Part shown: piece after piece, positions 51,204-64,000 of the stretch
Layout: each line of letters starts with the position of its first letter
Position numbering within the stretch: position 1 is the stretch's first letter
NCBI RefSeq assembly: GCF_022539665.2
Contig: NC_081332.1
Location: 5,456,001 to 5,520,000, forward strand
Source: Daphnia carinata
Taxonomy: Eukaryota
Direction of reading: 5' to 3'
DNA length: 64,000 nucleotides
Made by a program: the position numbers and the translations under genes
Notes under the pieces: generated by a model
Database searches by the model: none
What the model was told of the DNA's origin: nothing
What the model saw: only the letters and a program-made list of their open reading frames with translations

Positions 51204-52320
51204 GCCGCTAGATGGCCATAGCTGTAAAAAAGAAAAAAAAGGCCAAAATTTTTTTTTTTTTGGGGGTAAAACGGATTGCCATAAAAAGCGACATCTCTTG
51301 GAATTGGCTGAAAATCACAGGCCATAATCAAAATTAAACGCTGATTTCGAATCAGTGATTTGTTTTGACCCTAAACAAGCCGTTTTCAAAATAACGGAAA
51401 AATTGCTGTTAGCGCACTAACTTAATTTTTGTTTTTTACAGTTAATTCATAAACTATAAGCCCAATGCCAAAATAAACATGATTTTCGTAATAAGCGATG
51501 AATTCTGAATCGGAATAACATATTTTTAACTAAATCTAGAATTTGACGAAAATTAAAAAAGTGGGAAGGCTATTTGCCTTCTTACTTTTTCATTTTTGGC
51601 CAAATTTTAAATTTTGCTTAAAATACATGAATTCGATGCAAAATGGAATGCTATTCATGAAAATAAGGTTTATTTTTGAATTAGCCTTATAGTTTTTGAA
51701 TAAAAAAAAAGAAAACAGAAGGCCGGGCTTATGTTGTCAGGCTTAAAATTTTGTCCTATTAAAAAATAATATCATTAAATCTAGATAACTACATATGATT
51801 CTGATTCAAAATTAACCAAGAAAGACGAAAAATGGAAGTTGTTTTTATGTAGAGTTTATAGTTTTTGAGCAATCTAAAATATTATAATTAGGGGCGAATC
51901 GTAACCATTACTAGCGCGCCAGTACGCTATAGCACTAGCATGACACATCAAACTTCTTTGATTATTCAAAAACTATAAACTCTAATTAATGTAAAAACAG
52001 TTTATTTTCGTATCCTCGTTAAATTTGGAATCTAAATTATACATAGCAATCTTTTTTTAATGATATTATTTTTTTTTAAAGGATAAGTCGGGCTTATTTT
52101 TTTGTCGGACTTAAAATTTCTATTGGCCATATATATTGATGTGGCGCGCCAGTACGCTACAGCGCTCGAGCGACACATCAAAGTTCTTCGATTTTTCTTA
52201 AATAATTAATAAACACAGATAACTATGCATGATTTTGATTCAAAATTTAATTATAATAACGAAAATGATTTTCAATTTAGCGTGAAATTTATGGTTTTTG
52301 AGTAATCTAAAATATTAAAG
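51204..52320. repeat. Cluster of fragmented copies of the 45.8-46.3 kb repeat in both orientations
   Basis: Shared strings such as GGGTAAAACGGATTGCCATA, TAAATCTAGAATTTGACGAAAATT.AAAAAGTGGGAAGGCTA and GATTATTCAAAAACTATAAAC. Confidence 0.75.
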
Positions 52321-55300
52321 TAGTTGCGCTATAACAACTTTGCTTGAAACCACGGCTTGTTCATCGATTTTATCATCACCGGTAACGCTCAGTGGCAACT
52401 CTTTCAGTTTCCTTGAATATTGTTAGTTTAAATTCATTGTCTGCTTGCGACACACGTGATGCAGGCGACAAAGGAAGACAATTGATTGGGTCAAACGCGG
52501 AAACCGATGGTAAAATGCCGCACGGTATTTTTGTAAATACTGATACACACTTTCATTAAAATTTAAAACAAAAGCAAAGTGAGAAATAGAATACGGATTT
52601 GATTGTACATATAAAAATTAAAAAGTAAACAATATAAAGCTGTTGAAATACGCAAGAACGCCACCCTTAGGTTGAAGCTAAAGTTAAACACGGGGGAAAA
52701 ACTCGAAATTCGATACGTGAAGTACTGGCGCGCCTGGGTGCTTTTGTTGCACTAGCGCACCAGCTGGGATCAGGTTGGGCCCTAATAGTAAGCTATCTAT
52801 TAAGTTACAAAAAGTATGAATTTTGCATATCATAAAGTGACAAACTAAATTTACAACCGGGCTTCCATTGGTTGCTACTCCCTGACTTGAGAAGTCGTTG
52901 GTTTCCAACGGCTTTACTCTTTTCTGATTGAATTCCTATCGCGTATTAGAAAAAAATCGTAAAAATGATATCAGTTGCGATCAAAGTAGAATCCCAATCG
53001 GTTAATTTTCGAAAAGGTTTTCAGAAGTCATTCTCAGAACACTTGCAATCAGCAACTATCCCGAAGTCAATTCCCAATCGTGAACAAGTGTGCTGTGCAA
53101 CTGAATCTCTTGTTTTTGTACTCCTTTAGTTTTACAATTGACTCACGTACAATACTTTTTAATGAATTCTGCAAACATCAGTGCATGGCATACAAAATTC
53201 ATTTTCAGTTTTCTCTAGCTCTCAGACTAACTTATGCACCCACCAGCGAGCGAGTCACTTCACGTTAAGAGGCTTTTTTCTCTTTCAAAATTTATTATTC
53301 CTTACCCTTTAGCTGCGTTTCCCTTCTTTAGATGGCGTTGGTCGTTATGATTGAAATAAAACTTGCTTATATTTTAAGGTCACTGCTCATGTCTAGTGGT
53401 GATTGTCGGAAGAACGTGTGTTACGGCACGCCGTCGTGAAGTTGGCTGAATTACAAAACATGCCTTTCTGTGTCGTTCTGTGATTCACGTAAGTCGTGTC
53501 GTAACCACCGTTTGCAATTGCCTAACCAATTAAAGCTTCTGGAGTGGCTTTTCCACAAAAAAATGTCAACCCAGACGCTGACCAAAAAATTGCGGTAGTG
53601 CGGGTGAAATGAAAACGTGATCAAGACATACATTTACACACGTTAATTAAAGTTGATGGTTCCAGTTATCTTACCACAATTGATGAACGTCACGCACAGG
53701 AAAGCCCTAGTTGAAATTACACAGCCAAGAAAATTGCAGGGATTCTTTTTCGTGGAAAACTTCAGTTCTTCACATCTGCATATTTCGTTAGTTAGCCCTA
53801 CGTAGGTCTTCCAAAAAATTCAAGTAAGATGCTTTCTAACCGCTCTTCCCTTAACCCTTTGTATCTATTAATATACAAGTAAGTAAGACGTAGGTCAAAC
53901 AACGAACGAAATTTAATTAGAGCTTGGCAAAATCTGCCCGTCATCACGACTATTACTTTATTGCGGCTACCTATATTTAATTTATTTTATCACCTGGTTT
54001 TATTGCCGATGATAATGTTTGCAGGTGAGTTTGAGCTAGATATGACGTAATATGCAAGATCAACCCCAAAATACATTCGACATCTTTTCAAAATACCGAT
54101 TATCCGTTAGGTACTTTACTACCTCCTAGCGTTCCAATGAGTGGTAAAGTGTTTTCTTTTTATCGTACACGGAATACGCCAAACAAATTAAGAAACGAGT
54201 ATGCCGGATTGCTTAGCAAATTAAAATGCCTGTCGTCTTAAAACTAAATGCCAAATTGTTTGGTTCTGTTTTATGAGGCAGACGATTGCTTCCTAGATTA
54301 CGCCACAGAATTACGAAAAGCACTAGCAAAAGATTTAAGATAACAGGACAACATGCACTTCGGCTGCCATCATAAAACAGTTCCTTCGACCTCGAAAAAT
54401 TTCTAGGGTTTGAAACATTATAATTTATTCAAAAAATTTCGGAATCTCAAATATCAATGTGCTCTCTACATTGACCACACCCAACATTTTTTTAAATGTT
54501 TTTTTTTTCCTGCAAATTTCACGAGTTTTAATTTAATTATGGGCCGTGGGAGAAAACGATACCTTTCAACGATGAAGCATACTCATCATATGACGTGACA
54601 ACTCGATCACAAGGAACAAGCTGAGCCGAAATTAGAGATCTCCCCCCAATATTTGACTGGTGACATCATTGATGGCAACGAACATGCAAAGGGTAAACGT
54701 GCTATTCTTGTCTTTTCTAAACCAAAATAGAGTAACCATGGTAACAAAACAAATACATAAACCACCCGCACTTCCCGTTTGGAAACGTATTCCATAGAAC
54801 TTCCCTTGATGATAAAGATACAGATACAATAATTGATCGCGTGTGAAACGTGCACAGTAACTTGTTCGTAATACTACTCGTTAGATACGTACCATGGAAA
54901 GCTGTTAATCTCAACAATCAACTAAAGGGATCTGCGTCTCCGAGTTCAAGGTAACCTTGTGCTGGAAAATACACGTAGACACACATTAAATAATGGAATC
55001 TAAAAAGGAAACATCTAGATAGTTTTCGGTTCCAAAAGATTGTTGACTTCATGATCTGTCATACTGCTAAGTGCTAACTAAGAATAGGCGCTATTCTTTT
55101 GTTTGTCAACGAAGTACAAGAATTGCTCGCTAGGTAACTCTCACGTTTGCCGGGCGGCTGCTTTGAAAAGATGTCTGACTCTAATGTCTAGGAAAGTGTG
55201 TTTTTTTTTTCGAATGAAATTCTAATTATAGACAGTCGAGTTTCAAATGTGCAGTCTCTACATGAGGAGGAAAACATTTGCGTCACGTTCTTGCCTATCC

Positions 55301-55852
55301 CACGGGATAAAAAGATGTACCTACTGCTCCGTATGCCGTGATGAAACGCCAACTTTCTGAAATGTGACAGCCAAGATAGGGAGGATTCATCCATATTTGA
55401 ACAGGACTAAAAGAGGTCGAATGAATTTAGATTTTTAATTTTTGCTTAGCACAGTTTTGACTTTTCCTCGTTTTTATTGATGCCTGCTTATTGTCCCGAG
55501 TTGTTCTTGTTGCATATCAAACGTTTTCATTCTCTCGACAAGATGATTGGCAGTGGCTTTCTTCATCGCAGCATACCTTAAATTGGCCTGTTGTTTTCAG
55601 AATGGTTTTTATGTTTAAAAATTCGACAGCCTCCAGCACTAAAAAAAGGAATTTAGCCACCCCATGACCACCTCACTTCTTTACGAAGCAAAAAAAACTG
55701 AGACCTACTCTCCTCTTTTTGGATACACAAAAGGGTGGCTAAATAGAAACCCCCGGATCTTTTTGGATAGAAGCAAGAGGGGGCTGGCACCATCCTATCT
55801 GGTGTTTCCGTCGAGTGTGAGAGAGTGCTGGAGCTGGAGGGGCCTTTCGCTT

Positions 55853-55891
55853 TATAAACAGCCAACGCTGTCACTTTGAGCTTCGTCAGTC
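55853..55891 (+). promoter_or_regulatory. Candidate TATA + Inr core promoter of the NKCC gene
   Basis: TATAAA at 55853 and TCAGTC at 55886 (spacing slightly long), followed by a pyrimidine-rich leader and a splice donor near 56061. Confidence 0.45.
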
Positions 55892-56556
55892 TGTAGTCTT
55901 CGCCTACCGGTCGGTCTGCATGCTTGTGTCTGTTCCTCTTCGTTAACCGGCTACCGGTCTCACTATTCGTAGCTGTGCCGTTAACTTCAAGTGCCCCACG
56001 TGTCTTTCTCGTACTTCTAATCAGACGCTTTCAACTTATCCGTTTCTGCCATCCTTGCTGGTAAACCTAACAATTATCATCAATATTTATTTTATTTTTT
56101 TACAGTGATTAGTTGTCTAGGATTAAGTTGAATTACTATGAAAAGTGAAAGCAGCAGTTGAATCTAACAGTGTTGATTCAGTTTAAGCGATTGAGGCGAT
56201 CGAGCGTTGTTCAAACTTTGCCAGTCATTCTTCCATGATTACAAAGACAACAGCATTTTTCTTTTATTCCTAAAATTTTAAAGAAGTAGGATTTCTGACA
56301 GGACGCTACATTAAAGATGTATTAGGTTCTCTTCGAAATCCTAGTGACATCGATTGTTCTATATGCACCTTTGTGATTTTTTTATGATACAAGCAATATC
56401 ATTCGACATTTCTATCGATCCCATCCCAACTGTAAATGGCATCGTAAAATGCCCACTGTCTCTACAGGGATTGTACCTACAATGGCGAATATTGATTATC
56501 GAATTGTACATGTTTTGTTTTTTGTTTGCTTGTGTGTATATTTAGGTTCGTAGATC

Positions 56557-59500
56557 ATGACTGACGCATTATCCAAACGCAATCGTTTCAAAGTGAACCG
56601 AGTCGACTCTGGAGGCGGAAATTCCGAAGAAGATGGCGATGATTCGGAAGTACGCTACACTTTCTGCTAACCACCATTTTTCTTTTTCGTTCTCTACATA
56701 CACGTTCTCCTATTTTTTAATCATAAAATATTGAATCTAATGCGGTCTGCTTGAACGATTATTATATTCCAGAAGGGCAATAGCTCGGAGGCGATCGAAA
56801 TGGGCGAACGGCCTGGCTCGGCCGCGTCCAACGAAGGTGAACGGGCGTCCTCTCCGACTGCTCTTTTGTCACAAGGCAATACCTACATGACGATGAACGA
56901 AAGTGGTCAACGGACATACGCCGCTACCAAAAGCTTACGCCACCAACTGACCCGTGAAGCGTTGCCTCGGCTCGACAACTACCGCAACATCCTTTCAATT
57001 CAAGCCGGCCATAGACCGACCCTGGACGAACTGCACAATGCAACCATTCACGAAAAGGTAATTTTGTTTACTTCTTTTTTTGAATACGACGTCACGTAAC
57101 TAGCGTACCGGAACAATTTAAATAATGAAGTCGTGCAATCCTGGATAGTTTGCGGTCATTGAGCCTTTATTGGTTTTCCGTGAAACAAAGAAAAACAAAA
57201 GCCACAACTGCAAGTAATCCGTCAGACAGTGACTATACCCCCAAATCGAGAGCAACGACCACACGCGAACTTCTGAAGCCAAAAGTAAAACAAAATTTAA
57301 AGTAAAGCTGTCGACGCACTCGGACGTACTGTAAGAAAATTAGCCAAAGGAGGTGACTAGAAAAAAACGTAGAACGCCGGGTTTTCTCCCCCACTTTGCA
57401 ACGACTATTGCTCTAACGGCTGTTGAACTTGACAAAAAAAAAGCAGCCCTTCCCACAAGTCTAATGACCTGGTACAGAAAAAAAAAAGGGAATAGATTGC
57501 TCTATACTAGCTAAGAAAAAACACACCCATCCCTATAAGGTCTTACGTCGTAAAATGATTCTAACTTAAATTTCATAGAAACGTCCTCGTCATTTGATAC
57601 CATGCGTAATGACTATGCGAGCTTCCCGAACTTAAGGTTTTTTTGTCAATTCACACTAGAGAAAATGTTTGCGATCTCCGATTTCTATGGGTTTTTTTTT
57701 AAACAAAAAGAGTTCCCATTTTCTTTCATCATAATTCAAAGGAAAATGGGTGCCCTTTTATTTTGCAGCCAAAGTCCGCAGAATTAAAACGGTGTTACTT
57801 AAATACTCGTGTGAAAATACGCCGTTCGAATAGAAATTGCGTATTCGGAGGCAGCGCATTCAATTTAAATTAACCACTGTCCCATCAATCGACACGATCC
57901 CGCTCTGATCGTTACAACACACCTGATTTTTTCCAAGTTTTCCACTTATTGGAAACACGTAATCGATGTGAAAAATACTGACGTTTGAAAACATCTCCCT
58001 ATTGTCTGACCATCAAACGTCGGCACGTCTAATTATGGACAAGTTGTTTTGAGGGTGTGCCCGTCTCCTAGATTTTCGCCACTGGCCATTAAAAATGGAA
58101 ATAGAATATCAGAAGAATAAAATCAAAAATACGTTTTCCTTCAGCACGAATATGTTCCCGCTATAGCGCACTTTGATCTGCTACGACGTAATAACAAGCA
58201 GCGATACCTTTTATAGGAGTAATAAGTATCAGATTTTCCTACCTTCTCTGATGAATCATTTCACCTTTCTCGGGCGTTCCGTTGAACACGGAACCGTGAT
58301 GCTGGGGTCACTCCAAATTGCGGCAGTCTTATTTACGCACGCCCTTTATTTGCTTGTACTAGTTAAGCAACCGTTTTGTTTGGCTTCGTCTTTGTAATTC
58401 AATCTCTTTGGCAAATAGCCTCAAGTAGAGAAAGCCAACGAGGTCGTCCCAGACACTTTCGTTAAATTTGGCTGGATCAAAGGAGTCTTGGTGCGATGGT
58501 GAGTATTCTAATAATGCTAAACAAACCAAATGTTATTTTTATCTGAATTTCAATATTCTTCTTATCAAACAGTCTACTCAACATTTGGGGTGTAATGCTT
58601 TTCCTTCGCCTTTCTTGGGTAGTAGGACAAGCCGGAATAGGTAATTTAACCATTTTCACGGTAATCATATCCTTCTAGAGTAAATAATCACTTTGGATGA
58701 ACCACAGGTGAGGGAGTAATTATCATCACGCTGGCCTGCGTTGTTACTACTATTACGGGACTATCAATGAGTGCCATCAGTACCAACGGTAACATAAAAG
58801 GCGGCGGAACGTATTACATGATCTCGCGATCGCTTGGCCCGGATTTTGGCGCTTCCATCGGTGTCATCTTTGCCATCGCAAATGCTGTCGCCGTAGCTAT
58901 GTACACCATCGGTTTTTGCGAATCGCTCAACGACTTGCTGAAGACGTTCGATCTCAAAATCATCGACAACGGTGTCAATGATGTGCGCATTATCGGCACC
59001 ATCACCATCATATTACTAACTGGAATCGTCGTCATCGGTCTCGAATGGGAAACTAAGGTAACCACTGGCATGTTGTTAATTAAAAAAAAAAACTATTATT
59101 TTACCTGATCTCGTTTCAGGCACAAATCGTTTTGCTGGCCATCTTGATTGTCGCTCAAGTAGCCTTCGTCATCGGTAGTATTATGGGCCCAATGGACGAT
59201 GAGGAAAAAGCTAAAGGATTTGTTGGTTATAGTAGTAAGTTTTCTTTCAGTCAAATCAATTACTGTATAAGTTAATACATTTTTAACTTTGAAAGGCGAG
59301 TTATTCGTGGAAAATTTTTCACCTGATTACCAATACAGCGAAGGCAAAGAACATAGTTTCTTTACCGTATTTTCCGTCTTCTTTCCGGCTGCGACGGGCA
59401 TCTTGGCTGGAGCCAACATTTCCGGCGATCTCAAAGTCAGCTTACAATGTCCTATCCATAAAAAATTAAGGAGATGTTCAATTTGATTTCTATTTTAGGA

Positions 59501-62500
59501 TCCTCAACATGCTATTCCTAAAGGAACTATGTTGGCCATTGCTATTACAAGTTTGACATACGTCGGTTTCGCCATTATTTGCGGTGCGACGGTTTTGAGA
59601 CAGGCCACCGGCAATGTTGAAGATCTCTACAATGGCACGCTCACTAACTGCACCGAGGGTTGCGAATGGGGACTCCAAAACAGTTTTCAGGTAAAGTCGT
59701 CATTATCATGTTATTTAAGATATGCAGATTCTTGTTCCTTTTTTGTAATCAAACGACAACCTTGTGATTGATATGAAAACAGGTTATTGAACTGGTTTCG
59801 GCTTTCGGTCCTTTGATTTACGCCGGTTGTTTTGCGGCTACCCTCAGCTCTGCTCTGGCCAGTCTCGTCTCTGCACCCAAAGTGTTCCAGGCTTTGTGTA
59901 AGGATAAACTTTATCCTTATTTGGGTCCGTTTGGTCGCGGATACGGTAAAAACAACGAGCCAGTTAATGGTTACATCTTGACATTTATCATCGCTTTGGG
60001 CTGCATCATTATCGCCGAGCTCAATGCCATTGCTCCCCTCATCTCCAATTTCTTTTTGGCTGCTTACGGATTGGTCAATTATTCAACTTTCCATGCCGAA
60101 ATGGTGAAGCCTGTTGGATGGAGGCCTACATTTAGGGTAAAGAAGAATGAATAACTAAATTGAATATAATCATAATTATAACTCTTGTGCTTTTGTTTTA
60201 GTATTACAACGGATGGATGAGTTTAATTGGGGCGATTCTTTGCGTGGCCGTCATGTTTTTGATGAATTGGCCCACCGCACTCGTCACGTTTGGCTGCCTG
60301 TTTGCTTTGTATCTTGTTGTCATCTATCGCAAACCCGGTACGTACCAGTCAGCACCGTATTATTAGCTTTTCTTTTTAAATCAAACATTTTGTTTTCCTT
60401 TCAATGTATCAGACGTGAACTGGGGATCATCGACGCAAGCCCAAACTTACAAAGCAGCTCTGAACAGCATCCAAGAACTGGTGCACATTGAAGAGCATGT
60501 GAAAAACTATCGACCCCAAATCCTTGTCCTTTCCGGCTTGCCAAGCGCTAGACCTCCTCTGGTCGATTTCGGCTATTCAATTTGCAAGCATTTGTCCATG
60601 ATGGTATGCGGACATATTGTCAAAACTCCCCTGAATCAACGTACTCGTACATCCTACACGCAACGAATGTACCACTGGTTGCGCGATCACAAAATCAAAG
60701 CCTTTTACAGTCTTGCCGACAATACGGGTTTCAAAGGTACGTCGTATAAGCTCTCGTGTCACGAAGACAATCAATTTTAAATATTTTAAATCTATTATAA
60801 ATAGAGGGAGCTCAGGCATTGATGCAACTTAGCGGTCTAGGCAAAATGAAACCCAATATGGTATTGATGGGTTACAAACGTGACTGGAACACCTGCTCTG
60901 AAGAAGAACTGAACGCCTATTTCGGAGTGATTCAGTAACACTTAAATATTGTTAAATTACCTTTGACATTTCGTATCTGATTTCGTCCAATTCCCCGTAC
61001 AGTGCTGCCTTTGACATTTACTTGTCTTTGGCTATTCTCCGAGCGCCCGAAGGATTAGACTTCTCTGGCCTGATCGCCGAATCTTACATCTCTCCTATAC
61101 CAATAGCTGTTTCTGGACCAACAGACAGCTCTGCTGCACCGTCCGGCTCGCTCGACGTCCCCGGTGTAGTAGCTGCCACTCTGAAACCATCAGCAAGTAC
61201 CGCTTCCGGATGGAGTGAAAAGAAAGCCCATTCCCAGGAATCTCTTCAATCGCAGGGTAAAGATTGTCCTATTTAAGCATCTGTTATCAGGGGGGGAAAA
61301 GAAGAAAAAAAGAAATAGTTCATTCAGTCATAAATCAATACGATCGCTGTCTCTATATCTTCTGTAGAGCCTTCGCGATTCCTCTGTTTTTCGCCCTCTT
61401 CCAACTGGCGAGGTAAAAAAGTCGTTCAAAAACAAAACAAAACAAAGTACGCATGCCTTTTCGTGTGTGTCAGTATGGGCGTACTAAATGTGTCACCAAC
61501 TTATACGTCTATAATGATTATTCCGCCCTTCCTCTACTTGACCCTGTTTTCGTAACGTTGCACCCAAGTGCATGAAAAGCTCGTGACAGCCATCCGTTCA
61601 AGATGGATTTGTCTCCATTTATCCTCTTACTTATGCTATTTTTGTTGCCGTGTTATTAGGAAGCAGCTCCGAGCAAACCCCGCCGGGCACTCCTGCAATG
61701 AAGCGAGCCAACGATTCACAACCTGACTCCTTGGCCGACTCCACTGCCGTCGTCAATCAAGGAGGATTAGGGCTGAAGAAGAAGAAGAAGAAGGGATCTC
61801 GAGAAAACCTTTTTACAGACCCGGCTGGCAATCCGTTGCCAAAAGAACTTCTCAACAATGTTACCTTGTTCCAGCGAAAACAAAAGAAAGGCATTATCGA
61901 TGTCTGGTGGCTATACGATGATGGAGGTTCGTTTGAAAACAAAAACTCAATCAATTTCTTTTTTTCCTTCTTTTCCTTTAAAACTTAATACCCGTGTGAC
62001 ATCCACAGGATTGACTCTATTGTTGCCCTACATTCTAACGACCCGTCCCAATTGGAGTTCGTGCAAACTACGAGTTTTCTGTTTAGCCAACCGCAAAGAA
62101 GAGTTGGATAGTGAACAAAGAAGGTAACTAAGACGATTCCATTGCTAATAAATGTATATCTTAATTGCGGTTGTTAAATCAAGTTTCTTTTTTTTGTTCC
62201 CTTGACCTTAAAGAATGGCCGCCATGTTGTCTAAATTCCGTATCGATTTTTCGGATGTTATCGTTATCACCGACATAACGAAGAAGTCGTCCGAATCGAC
62301 GCGCAACTATTTCGACGGTCTTATCAAAAATTTCGTCAAAAACGAAGACGGGCAGGGTAAGTTGTCATTTAAATATCTACGTATGACATCGTATCGCACA
62401 GAAACAATTTGAAAATCTTTGATGAGCAGATGCCAGAATTACGGAATCTGAAATGCTTGCCCTTCGCGACAAAACTAACCGCCATATGCGGCTCCGTGAA

Positions 62501-62769
62501 CAGCTGCTTCTTCACTCCAAGACTTCCAATCTGATTGTCATGTAATTATTCCCCCCCCCCCTTCCCCGAAACAGCAGACAGGATACCTTATCTTGTGGTT
62601 ATTTTCTTTTTTTTTTTTCTATACTTTTTCTAGGACGCTTCCAATGCCTCGAAAGGGAACGGTGAGCGCCCCGCTGTATATGGCCTGGCTGGAATTATTG
62701 ACGGCCAACATGCCTCCGTTCCTGCTCGTCCGCGGCAATCAGACATCCGTTCTCACTTTCTACTCGTAA
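56557..62769 (+). CDS. Na-K-2Cl cotransporter (SLC12A2/NKCC1-like; Drosophila Ncc69 group), multi-exon
   Basis: RFKV SPAK/OSR1-docking motif, [114 protein letters not shown] and C-terminal [14 protein letters not shown]. Confidence 0.95.
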
Positions 62770-63410
62770 AAAGAAACGACGAGGGAAATTACTACCGGCA
62801 TAGCCGCCGCCCTGATCTAGAGGGACGAGGGGGAAAAGCTAGAGGATGAGTTCTTCGGTGCAGTATGTGGTGCAAGTCTGAGCAAACATCACTGTACCGT
62901 CGGATAACATCTACAAAATATTCTTAGTTGACTACATTTTCTGTAGTGCTCCTTCATACCTCCCGGACTCTTCGTGTACTTAGAACTCAGTAGGGGTAAC
63001 GTTTCTTTTTTTATTATTATTTCTTTCATGGTGGTGCGTTTCATTTAGACATATCTATTTGTTTCAATACCAGTCCGGATTGTCACTTTTTTTTTTAAAG
63101 CTTGATTTATACTGGTTATCAACAAAACATTTTCAACCAGATGTTCCTAATCATACATTTGTTTTTTGTTTTTTGTTTTTTGTTTTTTTTTTAATGGGGA
63201 AGAAGGGAGGATATTGGACTGTTTGTTTTTATTCTATTCTGTTGCGAGAAAAATAATTAACGCGTGCCTTAATAACTTAGTGTCTAAGCTTTCGAACTCG
63301 ATTTAGATTCAGAAATAAACAAATTACATTCCAGAATATTGTTCAAAAATTATGTTTAGTCTGTGAAGCAGGGATAAAGGGAAAACTACTTTCTGCTGGT
63401 GCTAAAAATG

Positions 63411-63655
63411 TTAGAAACTCGACTTGTTCTCAGTAGTAAACCTTAAAAGAAAATACGGATATTGCTGATTATGAAATTCGTGTGACGTGAGCGTTTTTGT
63501 TCCCAAAACACTCTCTGTGTCCGTGTTTAGGTCATCGTTGGCTGGTTTTGCACCCTCGCCAACTATAAATAACTTTTCTTTGGATGGGGGAAGGGTAGGT
63601 TGGGGGGAAATCTCAGAAGCATTGGTGCTGAAACCTTTGTTAATCAAGCCATTCT
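63411..63655 (-). CDS. Possible terminal exon of a gene extending beyond the window
   Basis: Open frame with protein-like composition, convergent on the NKCC 3' end; family not recognised. Confidence 0.25.
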
Positions 63656-64000
63656 GTTTCCCAAATTAACTACACAAATCCAATTAGCAATATAGGTGTT
63701 ACTGTTGTCAAAACAATCCATCAAAAACCAGGGCCAAATGCCAGACAGGGTCACCTTATGGTCGTAAAGATTAGTTATAAGGATTCCTAGCTAAAGTAAA
63801 TACTTAATCTATTTGGCGTATTTTATGACACACTAAATGTCTCCAATCAGTTTAAGCCTTCAACAGTTGCAATCCAGCAATAAACATTTCTTTGTTTTGT
63901 TTTCTTATCAGTGGCCAATAAAATATTGTCAATTCGGCGCTGACGCCACCAGCTTTATTTTTAAAACCATGAAATTTGCCTTGTTAGAAAAACAAGCTTG

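Noticed and set aside
52400..55800. Short ORFs and possible alternative first exons upstream of NKCC
   Set aside because: No coherent spliced frame or family motif; cannot be supported without transcript data.
1..64000. CRISPR array or prokaryotic defence system
   Set aside because: The sequence is intron-rich eukaryotic DNA with no regularly spaced direct repeats or operons.

Overview
Eukaryotic, AT-rich, gene-dense arthropod DNA with many 55-75 nt GT-AG introns. It is most consistent with a Daphnia-like branchiopod crustacean; this is inferred from intron size and gene content, not verified. Spliced genes, left to right: LYPD6-like Ly6/uPAR protein (+), TM9SF1 (-), Hey (-), HDDC2 (-), GSKIP (+), CEP135/Bld10-like (+), HMGCL (+), mitochondrial peptide deformylase (-), a mir-279 hairpin (+), MTMR9 (-), ZMYND8-like (+), ribokinase (-), IER3IP1 (-, missed by the ORF track) and an NKCC/SLC12A2-like cotransporter (+). 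The main unexplained structure is a ~6.5 kb mirror-symmetric block at 45.8-52.3 kb. It holds two convergent, decayed paralogues of an unknown intron-containing gene with near-identical 3' arms, three tRNA-like Pol III heads in the spacer, and palindromic repeats outside. Part of the right arm is a collinear mosaic of nearby sequence, so an assembly or polishing artefact has to be excluded. Other signals: a canonical Su(H) paired site 3' of Hey, a miRNA-site cluster in the Hey 3' region, a 45-nt cassette exon candidate and an 11-nt miR-124 match in the NKCC gene, a Q/P/N-rich insert and duplicated exon module in CEP135, and a motif (WRCAGACG) recurring upstream of housekeeping genes. All calls come from reading the sequence by eye; no searches were run.
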